Assembly: GCA_020184695.1 (NCBI GenBank)
Contig: JAANOX010000047.1
Location: 310,001 to 374,000 of the forward strand
Length of the DNA: 64,000 nucleotides
Reading direction: 5' to 3'
DNA from: Histomonas meleagridis 2922-C6/04-290x
Taxonomy: Eukaryota; Protista; Parabasalia
In this document: positions 1-11,048 of the stretch, piece by piece
Layout: the number at the start of each line of letters is the position of its first letter
Position numbering within the stretch: the first letter of the stretch is position 1
The notes under the pieces: generated by a model
The model's input: only the letters and a program-made list of their open reading frames with translations
What the model was told of the DNA's origin: nothing
The model's database searches: none
Position numbers and translations under genes: made by a program

Positions 1-306
1 GAGTTCAATTAAATCATCATTAAAATTGTTTTCTGAAAAAAGAATATATTTGATCTTCAAACAAAGTTCTTGATTAATTTGCTCCCATTTAGTTCTACAC
101 CAATTTTTTATCATAAGCATAATAAACTTTCTTGAAATAATTGATTGAAAGTTGAAATAATTTGAAATACAAAAATCAAAACCTTCAATTGTTTCATTAA
201 TATGATTAATATAAAGAAGAGCATTATTAAAAGCTTCTTTATTGTTTGGGTTTTCCCCAATTTGAAATACAACTTTTAGATTTTCTTCAATTAATGAAGT
301 AAGCAT
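1..306 (-). CDS. 5' part of a gene running off the window edge; importin-beta N-terminal (IBN_N)/HEAT-like
   Basis: My translation from ATG at 306 is open for 102 codons to position 1 (MLTSLIEENLKVVFQIG...SRKFIMLMIKNWCRTKWEQINQELCLKIKYILF). It is absent from the ORF track because there is no stop in the window. The R-x-F-x-x-L-x-I-K-N-W...W...I-K segment resembles IBN_N (family call is inference). Confidence 0.5.
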   Translation of the reverse strand, partial: MLTSLIEENLKVVFQIGENPNNKEAFNNALLYINHINETIEGFDFCISNYFNFQSIISRKFIMLMIKNWCRTKWEQINQELCLKIKYILFSENNFNDDLIEL

Positions 307-419
307 CCATTGTGAAGTTTATTCGTAATGGGGTGGCCTGAAATACAAACGATAGGTGTATTAAGCCGTTATTGAAGCACTTTTAAAAAATCAATATCTT
401 ACAATAAACAGTACAGAAA

Positions 420-3400
420 ATGGCTGGGGGTAAAAACCTTCAGCTGAAAGAGATCAAATGGCTTATTAAAATACAAAAAAATGTACTAGACTTGAACTGG
501 GATAATTATAAAATTATAAGCCAAATTTTAATTAAAAAATTTGATGTTGAATATCCTGTATCATTTAATTATTTAATTTGTCATTTGATATATAGATCAT
601 ATATATCACGTAGGAGAGATTTCTTAATATATTTTCGATTTTTAAATGAACTTGACATTAAAGAGAAAGAAATATATAATGTTGATTCTAATTTAATATC
701 AATACTTTCAATTATATTATTTTTTGAAAAAACACAAGAATCAAATTATCTTCTTGAAATGATGATTGTAAACAAACTTATTTCACCTCAAATAGCCATT
801 AATAAAAATAATATATATTTTGCACATTATATTACAAAAAGAAATCCATATTATTTAGTTAAGAGAAAATATGGAAATTATAATAAAAAAATCAAAAAGT
901 TATTTTATCAAGAAGTTATCAATTTAATTAAATGCGTTAATGAGAACACTGATACATTATATGAAAATGAAAAATTATATGACTATGGAGCTCATGCTGA
1001 ATATATTAAAGAAGGAATTAATCCAAATAAAATCGCGAAAATAATTCGAAATGATGAAATCGAAAAACTTCAAAAAATATCATCAGAAAATGATTTTGAT
1101 TATAATCAAACAATTAAGCCATCACTGTATGAAAGATATTCATTTATTAATCAAGAAAATGTTACATTAATTGATTATGCAGCATTTTTTTCGGCAGTTA
1201 AAATTTTTAGATATTTACTTATAGCTGGTGCAAATGTATTTAATGCAGGTAAATATGCAATTGCAGGAGGAAACCTTGAAATCATTCATTTATGTAAACA
1301 AAATAATTCGTCATTTGAAGGCGCATATGAAACAGCAATTGAATTTCATCAAAATGATATCTTTAAATATCTTTATGAAAACAAGTTTGAAAAAAATTCT
1401 AATTTAACAGAGTTAGGTAAGAAATGTATTCAATCAAGTAATTACGAAATATTTTCATATTTGCATGAAGAAGGAATGCAAATTAGTGATGATATCATAT
1501 ATGAATCACTAAAAATTGGGAATACTTTCATTTTTAATTACTTTGTTAAAAACAATCATATTCCAAATTATATTTTATTATTTTCAGTTATGTCATGTAA
1601 TCATGAACTTATTAAATTTATTTTTCTTATGAAAAATGATATATATATTAATTTTAGCCATTTTTATATTCATCATTTAATGTTTTAGAATAAAATTTGG
1701 TGTCAAAATATAATATTGATAATACCTCTTCTATATGCAGTAAAGTATAATTTAATCAATATTGTAAAGTTACTTCTTGAACATGATGAAATAAATGTAA
1801 ATATTAAAAATATTTATATGTTTTATTTAATTTTTTTTATTTATTATTAAAGGAATTTTCCTAACATATTTAAAACAGCTCTTATATGCGCATGCATCAA
1901 AGGATACACAACTATTGTAAATATGCTTCTCGAAAAAGAAGGTATTGATGTTAATGAAAAATATATTTTTTCAAAATTCACAAATTTCTAAAATAATATA
2001 AGAAATTTTTCTCGATTATTGAAAAATGCATTAAATTATGCAATAAGTAAAGGTTACACAAAAATTGTTGAAGTACTACTCAAACATAAAGATATTGATA
2101 TCAATGTAAAAGATATTTATTTATTTTATTTAGCATTTATTTTAATAATTTTTATTTTCAATATAATATTTGGAATTTTCATAATTCATTTCGTACTGAA
2201 CTTATGCTAGCGACTATTTATGATTATACAAAAATAGTAAAACTGCTTCTTGAACATAAAGGGATTGATCTTGAGGCAAAAGATATTTATCCACTTTAAT
2301 TATTGTATGTTTTAATGATTTATGATTTCATTATAATATTTGGAATATATTTCAATTATTTAATACAGTACTTATGATTTCAGCTCAAAAAGATCGTATG
2401 GAAATACTTAGATTGCTTCTTAAGCAAAAAGGAATTGATATTAATGTCAAAAACAGTTATTTCTTTTATATAATTTTTGTTTTAATCATTTTCTGTCTCA
2501 AAATAATATTTGGAACATATTTAAACCATTTCATACAATTCTTATGGTTTTAGCAGAATATGGTAAAACTGATATAGTTAAACTGCTTATTGAAAAAGAA
2601 GGAATTGACATTAATGCTCAAGATTTTTGTGTGTTTTGTTTAATATTTATTTAAACTATATGAAATCTTAAAATGATATTTGGAAATTGTTTAAATATTT
2701 TAAAACAGCACTTATATCTGCAGCTGAATATGGTAAAACTGATATAGTTAAACTGCTTATTGGGAAAAAAGGAATTGACATTAATGCTCAAGATATTTGT
2801 GTGTTTTGTTTAATATTTATTTAAACTATATGAAATCTTAAAATGATATTTGGAAATTGTTTAAATATTTTAAAACAGCACTTATATCTGCAGCTGAATA
2901 TGGTGGAATTGAAGTAGTCAAAGTGCTTATTGAGAAAGAAGGAATTGATCTTAATGCTCAAGATATTTATATATTTTGTTTAATATTTATTTAAACTATA
3001 TGAAATCTTAAAATGATATTTGGAAATTATTAATATTATTTAATACGGCACTTATGATTTCATACAATAATAACTATTTCCAAATTGTAAAAATTTTAAC
3101 TGAAAAGGAAAAAAATCATAATAATTCAAAGATTAATATATATTTTAAATGGTTTTTTATGGTGATTTTTTATTTTTATGATAGATATGAAGTTTCTATA
3201 TTTAATTTCAATCTCACCTTATGCAAGATTTTTACGTCGGAATACTGAATGCATTTGAACAGTTCATTGAACAGGAAGAAATTCAACTAGAAGATAATAT
3301 ATTTTTTAATGACTTTTAATTTCTAATTAACTTATGGGATTTCTTAAATTTATTTGATGTAATATTATTAAATGCTGTAACATACGGATTTTTAAATGTG

Positions 3401-4964
3401 ATAAAAAAGTTACTTGAATTTAAAATATATAAATCCAGTGAAAAATATATTTATTTCATTTATTTTTGTTTGATAAATTGTTTGACTATGTATCAGATAG
3501 TAATATCACGAATTTAGTAAAATTGTTTCTTGAAACAAATATTAATAACAAAATGAATGATTTATTTTTCTTTTTTTCAATGTTCTTATTCATTAAATAG
3601 TTTAACAATGATCAAATCGCAAAAGATTTTTGATTTTATTTTAAAATTACTTAATGATAAGAAAAACAATGGTAATATGAATGATATTTTATTTTTCGAT
3701 TTAATTTCATGCTTTTATAATTCCTTCAATGAAATCAATTCAAAATCAAATTATAGATTTTGTTATGTCATTTCTTGAACATGAAAATATCGAAATTCAA
3801 CACAAGATGTCTTTATTTTGTATTTTGAAAATATATCTTTTAAATATTTTATGTTTTAATTTTTATCTTGATATTGGTTACAAAATATTAAAGCCAAATT
3901 TATGAGTGCTTGTAGTGCTGGTGTAATTGAAATTGTAACATCAATTCTTAAAGAAAATAATATATACATTAATGCAAAACTTGTGTATTTTAATAATTTT
4001 ATGTTTCAAAATAATATTTGGAAATTATTTAAATTATATAAAACAGCACTTATGAATGCAACTGAAAATGGTCATACAGAAATAGTCAAATTACTTCTTG
4101 AACAAGAAGGAATTGATATTAATGCTAAAGATATTTATTTATTTTATTTAATATTTATTTTAATAATTTGAAAATTCAAAATAATATTTGGAAATTATCT
4201 AAAATATTTAATACAGCACTTATTTGGGCATCTGGAAAAGGTTATACAGATATAGTTAAATTACTTCTTGAACAAGAAGGAATTGATATTAATGCTAAAG
4301 AAAAAAATTATTGAGCATATTTGAGATTTCATATAATAATAATATATTTCAAAATAATATGAGGAATTTATTTAAATATTTTAATACTGCACTTATATAT
4401 GCTGTTGGAAATGGCTACATTGAAATAGTTAAATTACTTCTTGAGCAAGAAGGAATTGATATTAATGTGAAAAATATTTTTTTGTTGTTTTTATAATTTC
4501 TTTTAATATGATTGGGTTCCAATATAATAGTAGGAAATTATTCAAAATAATTTGCACGTCACTTTGGCATGCATCTGATTTTGGTTACACTGAGATAGTC
4601 AAATTGTTGCTTGAACAAGATGGAATTGATGTAAATGCTGTTGATATTTAAATACTATAATTGATATATGTTTCATTTATTTCTAGAAATTTCAAAATAA
4701 TTTATGGAAACTATTAGTTCCATTTTGTACAGCTTTAATGTCTGCTATTTTGAATGATCATTATGAGATTATTATGTTATTACTAAAACATAAAGATATT
4801 GATACGAGTATTGAAAATATATCTACTTATTATATAAAGTTTTATTATAAGAATTGAAATTTTTTAAATTTGTTTGAAATTTTTTTTAATTATTTCATAC
4901 AGCACTTCAAATGATAGTTGAAAAGGGATATGATGATTTAATTCCAATGTTTTATGGAATATAA
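420..4964 (+). CDS. DUF3447 + ankyrin-repeat gene, locus 1; interrupted by 72 17-nt inserts; reconstructed 1106 aa
   Basis: ORF 420-1688 has the parabasalid DUF3447 signature (LIDYAAFFSAVKIFRYLL...YAIAGGNLEIIHLC...AIEFHQNDIF). 21 further ANK cores follow and join in frame to TAA at 4962-4964 when only 17-nt segments are removed (4545-72x17=3321 nt). Confidence 0.8.
1662..4964 (+). repeat. Interrupted ankyrin array 1 (21 units, typical period 170 nt = 102 coding + 4x17)
   Basis: Recurrent ACAGCACTT...AAATTACTTCTTGAACAAGAAGGAATTGATATTAATGC cores separated by T-rich spacers. Near-identical 170-nt copies at about 2560-3040. Confidence 0.92.
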
Positions 4965-5419
4965 TGATATGTTAACAGGTTACCTGTTTTTGAATAATAA
5001 CAAAGATGGAGAAAATTTTTATATATAAAGTTATTGTAAATTAAATTTATGTTTTAAACCTTAATTTTAGATTTGTTGAGTCTCTCAAAAACAATATGAA
5101 TTTATGATTAATTTTTTTTTCGTGATCAATAAAAATGCATTTGATTTTTACTTAGCGATAAGGAGAAAACAACTCACCAAATTCATAATATAAATAAAAT
5201 ATTTAGTATATAGACTACATAATAAAACATTTTTTGTATTTTACTATGGGCAGAAACTATCAAGTTACTCATGTACAACCTTATGGTAACAAGATTACTT
5301 TTTAATATTTTCCTTAGTGAAACATCTCAGATAAAGCCTCCGTACATGAATTTAAAGTACTGAATATTCACATTGTTATGCGATTTAATTATTATAGATA
5401 AATAATATTTAATTTTTAT

Positions 5420-7120
5420 TTACAAATCACAGTTTAATGGTGAAAAGAATTCCAACTCTTCTTCGTCTTCCTCTTCTTCCTCCTCTACTTCGCCCACATT
5501 TCCCAATTTCTCTGATATCCACATTGCTATTTTCCCAATTCTTTCCACATCGACTTCGCTTAAAATCGTTGGGAAAGCGCTCATCATCTTCACCACGCTG
5601 ACCTTCTGAATCTTTGTTAATTTCTCGAAGTTATCTATGATTATTGCTACGAAGAAATACCTCAACCATTTCTTCGGCATTGGCGAAGCGCAAAACTTAA
5701 TCCAAACGCACCAAATATTGTCGAAAGTTCTTTTAAACATCAAAATATATTCCGAATATAACCATTGGTATTCCAACAGTTCCATTTTTTTCAGCCAAAA
5801 CACAACAGTTGGTGAAATCATTTCCAAAACTTTTGTAATTTCTGTTAACTTACTCATTGAACTTGTATTTATCGACATAAGAAATTTAGCATGTCCAACT
5901 CGATATAAGAAAGAATTAAACAACCAAAATATCTTTGGATAAAGTTTTTCATAATCCATTATACTTCCATCATTATTAATGGGTATACCATCCTCATTAA
6001 CATTCGGATAATATACAGTCATTAATGGAACCATTAAATCATTCATTCCTTGTAAATATAATATGCGCGGATTAAAAAATGTATACGTACGTAATAACGT
6101 TTGAAGTATTTTAAGGCCAACGCAATCTTTCTTCTTAAATAAAGGAATGTTACGATCAGTGCGTTCGACATCATGATGAATTACAAGATATGCGCGTTGA
6201 ATACTTGATCGAGGATATGGAAGCGTTTCATTCGTTTCCATTTGATTTAAGATAATGTTAAATTCGGTGGCGCAACGAATATCAATTTGATTCCGTTCAT
6301 CGAATGTACTCGTAAGTGGATAAAGACCTAAAATGAATGGAAGCGCTTTTGACAAGACTTCTGTTTCAACACCTGAAAAATAAACGCGTCTCATAAATGT
6401 CTCCGGTTCTTTAAGTTTACCTGTGGAACTATCGAAAAAAGATTCGAATTCTTTAAGTGTAATACGGGAATGTGTAGGATATTGTGAAATGGTGGAATTA
6501 ATTTCGGACAATAAAAGTTTATTATAGGTGTTAGAAACAATGGAATATGGATAAGATGATGATAGGAGATCATGAGTTGAGATATCTTTGAAAAAATTAA
6601 GATAAAACGTTTGGATATTTATCCATAAGGTGTTTAAATCATTAACATCGAAAACTTCAATTGGAATATCAGGCGAAGATTGGATATTGGGCTCATTGGG
6701 TCCATCGCAAAAACGAATAGAGTATGGCTTTTCATAAGTTGGAACACCTATGCCAAAATATAGAAGTTTTTCTATAAATACAGAAACAAGAAATAATTGG
6801 TCTCCGGTAAAAATAAAATTTCGATACTGTGAAGAATCTTTGAGAGTTAATGTTATTGAAAATGGATTTTCAGAAAGAGTAAGAAAATCAAATGACTGAT
6901 GTGAAATTGTAAATGACCCATAAGAATTGAACTCATTTGCGTGAAAATCTTCTTTTTCATCATCAGAAATATTAAGATAATAAGAATTATTATCACTAAA
7001 AATTTTCCAATGAATTTTGGTGCAATTATCTTGAACCACAATCGAAAGTGATCCTTTGTTTGTTTTGTTTTCTGTTGTTATTTCTTTTAATGGTCCAATT
7101 TCACAAAGAGTCTTGCGCAT
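5420..7120 (-). CDS. TBC-domain Rab GTPase-activating protein (TBC1D15/Gyp7-like)
   Basis: 566-aa ORF with the IxxDVxRT (IHHDVERTDR) and YxQGMND (YLQGMNDL) catalytic R/Q fingers; acidic C-terminus. Confidence 0.9.
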   Translation of the reverse strand: MRKTLCEIGPLKEITTENKTNKGSLSIVVQDNCTKIHWKIFSDNNSYYLNISDDEKEDFHANEFNSYGSFTISHQSFDFLTLSENPFSITLTLKDSSQYRNFIFTGDQLFLVSVFIEKLLYFGIGVPTYEKPYSIRFCDGPNEPNIQSSPDIPIEVFDVNDLNTLWINIQTFYLNFFKDISTHDLLSSSYPYSIVSNTYNKLLLSEINSTISQYPTHSRITLKEFESFFDSSTGKLKEPETFMRRVYFSGVETEVLSKALPFILGLYPLTSTFDERNQIDIRCATEFNIILNQMETNETLPYPRSSIQRAYLVIHHDVERTDRNIPLFKKKDCVGLKILQTLLRTYTFFNPRILYLQGMNDLMVPLMTVYYPNVNEDGIPINNDGSIMDYEKLYPKIFWLFNSFLYRVGHAKFLMSINTSSMSKLTEITKVLEMISPTVVFWLKKMELLEYQWLYSEYILMFKRTFDNIWCVWIKFCASPMPKKWLRYFFVAIIIDNFEKLTKIQKVSVVKMMSAFPTILSEVDVERIGKIAMWISEKLGNVGEVEEEEEEDEEELEFFSPLNCDL

Positions 7121-7307
7121 ACCTATAGATAACGATACGTCTTTTTGATTATTTTATTTTTGAGGTAAACGTTCATTTGAATATACCGGTTTTGACAAAC
7201 TATGGTTGACTTATAAATCTTTTGAAGATCTTTAAAAATTCATTAGCTTATATTTAAATATCAGACAATATTATCCAATTGTTTATTCACCTAAATTTTG
7301 AGGCAAA

Positions 7308-9790
7308 TCATTCGTGCTTATGAAATAATTTGACTATTTCTGTATAACCATTTCTAGATGCAATCATAAGTGCTGTCTCAAATATTTTTAATAATTTCCA
7401 AATATTATTTTGAAATTGAAATAAATAATTAAAATAAATTTTAAATAAAATAAATTAATATCTTTAGCATTAATATCAATTCCTTTTTGTTCAAGAAGTA
7501 ATTTAACTATTTCTGAATGACCATTTGAAGATGCTAAAATAAGTGCTGTATTAAACAATTTAAATAATTTCCAAATATTATTTTGAAATATAAAATTATT
7601 AAAATAAATATCAAATATAACAAATAAATATCTTTAGCATTAATATTAATTCCTTCTTGTTCAAGAAGTAATTTAACTATTTCTGTATAACCAAACCAAG
7701 ATGCTAATATAAGAGCTGTTCGAAATCATAAAAATAAATCTTAAAAATGATTTTGAAATCCAAAGATTTTTAAATAAGTTTTAAATGAAATAAATAATTA
7801 TCTTTTTTATTGATATCAATTCCATTTTGCTCTAGAAGTAATTTAACTATTTCTGTATGACCACATGAAGATGCTAAAATAAGTGCTGTATTAAATAATT
7901 TAAATAATTTCCAAATATTATTTTGAAAAATTGTTATTAAATAAAACAAATAAATAGCTTGAGCATTAATATCAATTCCTTCTTGTTCAAGAAGTAATTT
8001 AGCTATTTCCAAGTTTTCATAATCGAATGCTATAATAAGTGCTGTTTGAATTAATTTAAACAATTTACAAAAATTATTTTGAAACACAAAATCATTAAAA
8101 CAAACACAAAATAAAACAAATAAATATTTTTAGCATTAATATCAATTCCTTCTTGTTCAAGAAGTAATTTAACTATTTCTGTATGACCATTTCTAGATGC
8201 AAACATAAGTGCTGTCCAAAATAATTTAAATAATTTCCAAATATTATTTTAAAATATAAAATTATTAAAATAAATATCAAATAAAACAAATAAATATCTT
8301 TAGCATTAATATCAATTCCTTCTTGTTCAAGAAGTAATTTAACTATTTTTGTATGTCCATTTTGAATTGCTATCATAAGTGATGTTTCAAATAATTTAAA
8401 TTATTTCCAAATATTATTTTGAAATATCAAATTATTAAAATAATTTTCAAATAAAACAAATAAATATTTTTAATATTAATATCCAATGTCTTATTATTAA
8501 GAATTAAATTAATGATTTCTATTTGTCCTTTATGTGCTGCTTTCATAAGTGCTGCATTAAATAACTTAAATATCTCCCAAATATTATTATGATATATCAA
8601 ATTATTAAAATAACTTTTAAATAAAATAAATAAGTATCTTTAATATTAATATCAATTCCTTCATGATTAAGAAGTAATTTAACTATTTCCAAGTTTTCAT
8701 AATCGAATGCTATAATAAGTGCTGTTTGAATTCATTTAAACAATTTCCAAATATTATCTTGAAACATCAAATTATCAAAATAAATTTTAAATAAAATAAA
8801 TTAATATCTTTAGCATTAATATCAATTCCTTCTTGTTCAAGAAGTAATTTGACTATTTCTATATGACCATTTTCAGATGCTCTAATAAGTGCTGTTTTAT
8901 ATAATTTAAATAATTTCCAAATATTATTTTGAAATATAAAATTATCAAAATAAATTCTAAATAAAACAAATAAATATCTTTAGTATTAATATCAATTCCT
9001 TCTTGTTCAAGAAGTAATTTAACTATTTCTGTATGACCAAACCAAGATGCTAATATAAGAGCTGTTCGAGGTCATAACAATAAATCTTAAAAATGATTTT
9101 GAAATCCAAAGATTTTTAAATAAGTTTTAAATGAAATAAATAATTATCTTTTTTATTGATATCAATTCCATTTTGCTCTAGAAGTAATTTAACTATCTCT
9201 AAATTACCTTTTTCTGATGCAATAATAAGAGCTGTTTGAAATATTTTAAATAACTTCCAAATATTAAGTCGAAATCATGAAATCAAATAATAAAAAAATA
9301 CGTCAGGATCATTGATATCAATTAAATTTTGCTCAAGAAGCAATTTAACTATTTCTATATGCCCATGTTCAGAAGCAACCATTAATGCATTTTTACCAAA
9401 TAAATCAAAAAAACATGAAGTATAAAATAATAATATAATATTTTTATAAACTTTGAACAAAACAAAATAATATCTTTTTCATCAATCTCAGTCTCATCAT
9501 TATCTAAAAGTAGCTTTTCCACTTCAATATTACCATTTTTAGATGCCATAATTAAAGCTGTTTCACCAAATTAAATAAAAAAACATCATATAATATTAAA
9601 ATACTTTAAACAAATTAAATAAATATTCATTGCATTAACATTAATTCCTTCTTGTTCAAGAAGTAATTTAACCATTCCAATATTACCATATTTAGATGCA
9701 ATTATAAGTGGAGTATAAATTAATTTAAGTAAATTCCAAATAAAAATTTTCAATTCGAAAATATTAAATCAAATGCTTCCATAGTTAATA
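7308..9790 (-). repeat. Interrupted ankyrin array 2 (15 units; periods 153, 156, 170, 173 nt)
   Basis: T-A codon anchors at 9231, 9061, 8891, 8721, 8551, 8381, 8211 and 8041 are exactly 170 nt apart despite sequence divergence. The block at about 9000-9190 is duplicated at about 7655-7845. Confidence 0.93.
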
Positions 9791-10947
9791 TCAATTCCTT
9801 TTTGTTCAAGAAGTAATTTCATTAACTCTAAATTTCCTGAATCTGATGCACAAACTAAAATATTTTTTGGAAGTTTACAATCATACATGAAATATTTCAT
9901 GAGAAAAATATTACCTGTTGTTGCTGTTTCACTAAAGATATTTAAATCAAATTTTGACTTTTTCTTTTCTAATAATGAAACAAACAAAGAATAATTATCA
10001 TTTTTAATACATTTGATTTCTAAGTGAGTAAGTTCTTTAGCTTGAATCACTTTTTTCTTATAAAAATAATCAAAGAGATTATTCCTATGAAATTCTAAAG
10101 CAATTTCATGAACTTGTTTAAAATTACGATTATTTTGTTCACACAAATGAATTATCTCTATATTCCCACCTGCTACTGCATATTTATTTACATTATTTAA
10201 TTTGGCACCATTCATAAGTAAATATTTAAAACATTTAATCGATCCGAAAAATGCTGCATAATGAATTAACGAAACATCGCTATCATTAATAAATGAAAAC
10301 GATTCATAAATTGATGGTTCAATAATTTGATTATAATTGAAATCATCTTGTGATGATATTTCTTGAAGTTTATCAATATCATCGTTACGAATTGCTTTAA
10401 TGACAGATATAGGATTAACACCTTCTTTAATAAGTTGTTTGTGTAGTTTCCAGTTGTCTTTTTTAAGATCTTCAATATTTTTAAAGAAATTTAAAACTGG
10501 TGTTTCAAAATTTTTCAATTGATTGATTTTAGATTCAGTAAAATAATGGGCAAAATATAATGTATTTTTTGATTGAATTACGTTAGAAGAAATGTATTTT
10601 TCTTCAATCATGTTTTCTAAAAAATAAAAGGATTCTTGCGAATTTAATTGAAGAAGAAAATGTGTAAAAACTTCAATTATATCACAATTTTCTTGAATTG
10701 ATTCTTCTTTTGACTTGATTGCCTTTATGAATAATAAATATATTCTGATATCTTTCTTTTGAACTATAAAAGATCTATATATTAAACGTGAAATGATCAA
10801 ATTATATGAATATGGTAAATTAATATCAAATAAATTCATAATACTTTCAACTTTTGGCTCAATATTATCTTCATTTAAGTCAAAGACAATTGATTCGATG
10901 TCTTTTAATAATGAAATAAGATTATTTTTTTGGTTAGAATGATTCAT
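7308..10947 (-). CDS. DUF3447 + ankyrin-repeat gene, locus 2; interrupted by 56 17-nt inserts; reconstructed 895 aa
   Basis: ORF 9769-10947 carries DUF3447 (LIHYAAFFGSIKCFKYLLMNGA...YAVAGGNIEIIHLCEQ) and stops inside the first insert. 15 stop-free ANK cores follow to TGA at 7310-7308 (3640-56x17=2688 nt). Confidence 0.85.
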
Positions 10948-11048
10948 AAATATTTAGCGATATTTGAATTAACGGCTCCTTTTAATTCAATAGTTTATTA
11001 TTAAAGTGTTGTTAAGCGTTTCATTTTTACATTTTTCATGAACACTTT

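Noticed and set aside
4128-4214. Spacers as U12-type AT-AC introns (ATATTT...AC)
   Set aside because: The join AAAG|AGCAC is out of frame, the 5' end lacks ATATCCTT, and no U12 branch site is present.
4120-4220. Spacers as conventional GT-AG introns using the AG of ACAG
   Set aside because: There is no conserved GT donor. The AG comes from Thr-Ala codons and is absent in the ETSL, YTPL, KNAL, DTAL (acc gca) and KSVL units, and using it would delete the TAL motif.
8211-8300. One 68-nt hairpin intron per repeat, giving D-I-Y-F-x-T-A-L
   Set aside because: It loses the conserved Gly and does not explain the 20-nt periodicity, the junctions with 1-3 inserts, or the stacked 34-nt case. It is not formally excluded until cDNA is seen.
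2019-9460. Short ANK-like ORFs in the track (2019, 3054, 3557, 3902, 4311, 7770, 8173, 9275) as independent genes
   Set aside because: They are single repeat cores read into the spacers and are explained as parts of loci 1 and 2.
1662-9790. Stop-codon reassignment as the explanation for the broken ANK arrays
   Set aside because: TAA, TGA and TAG all occur, frameshifts are also needed, and neighbouring genes end normally at these codons.
7308-9790. CRISPR-like repeat-spacer array
   Set aside because: The conserved part is ~100 nt of protein-coding ankyrin sequence in a eukaryotic context, spacers are homologous to each other, and there are no cas genes.
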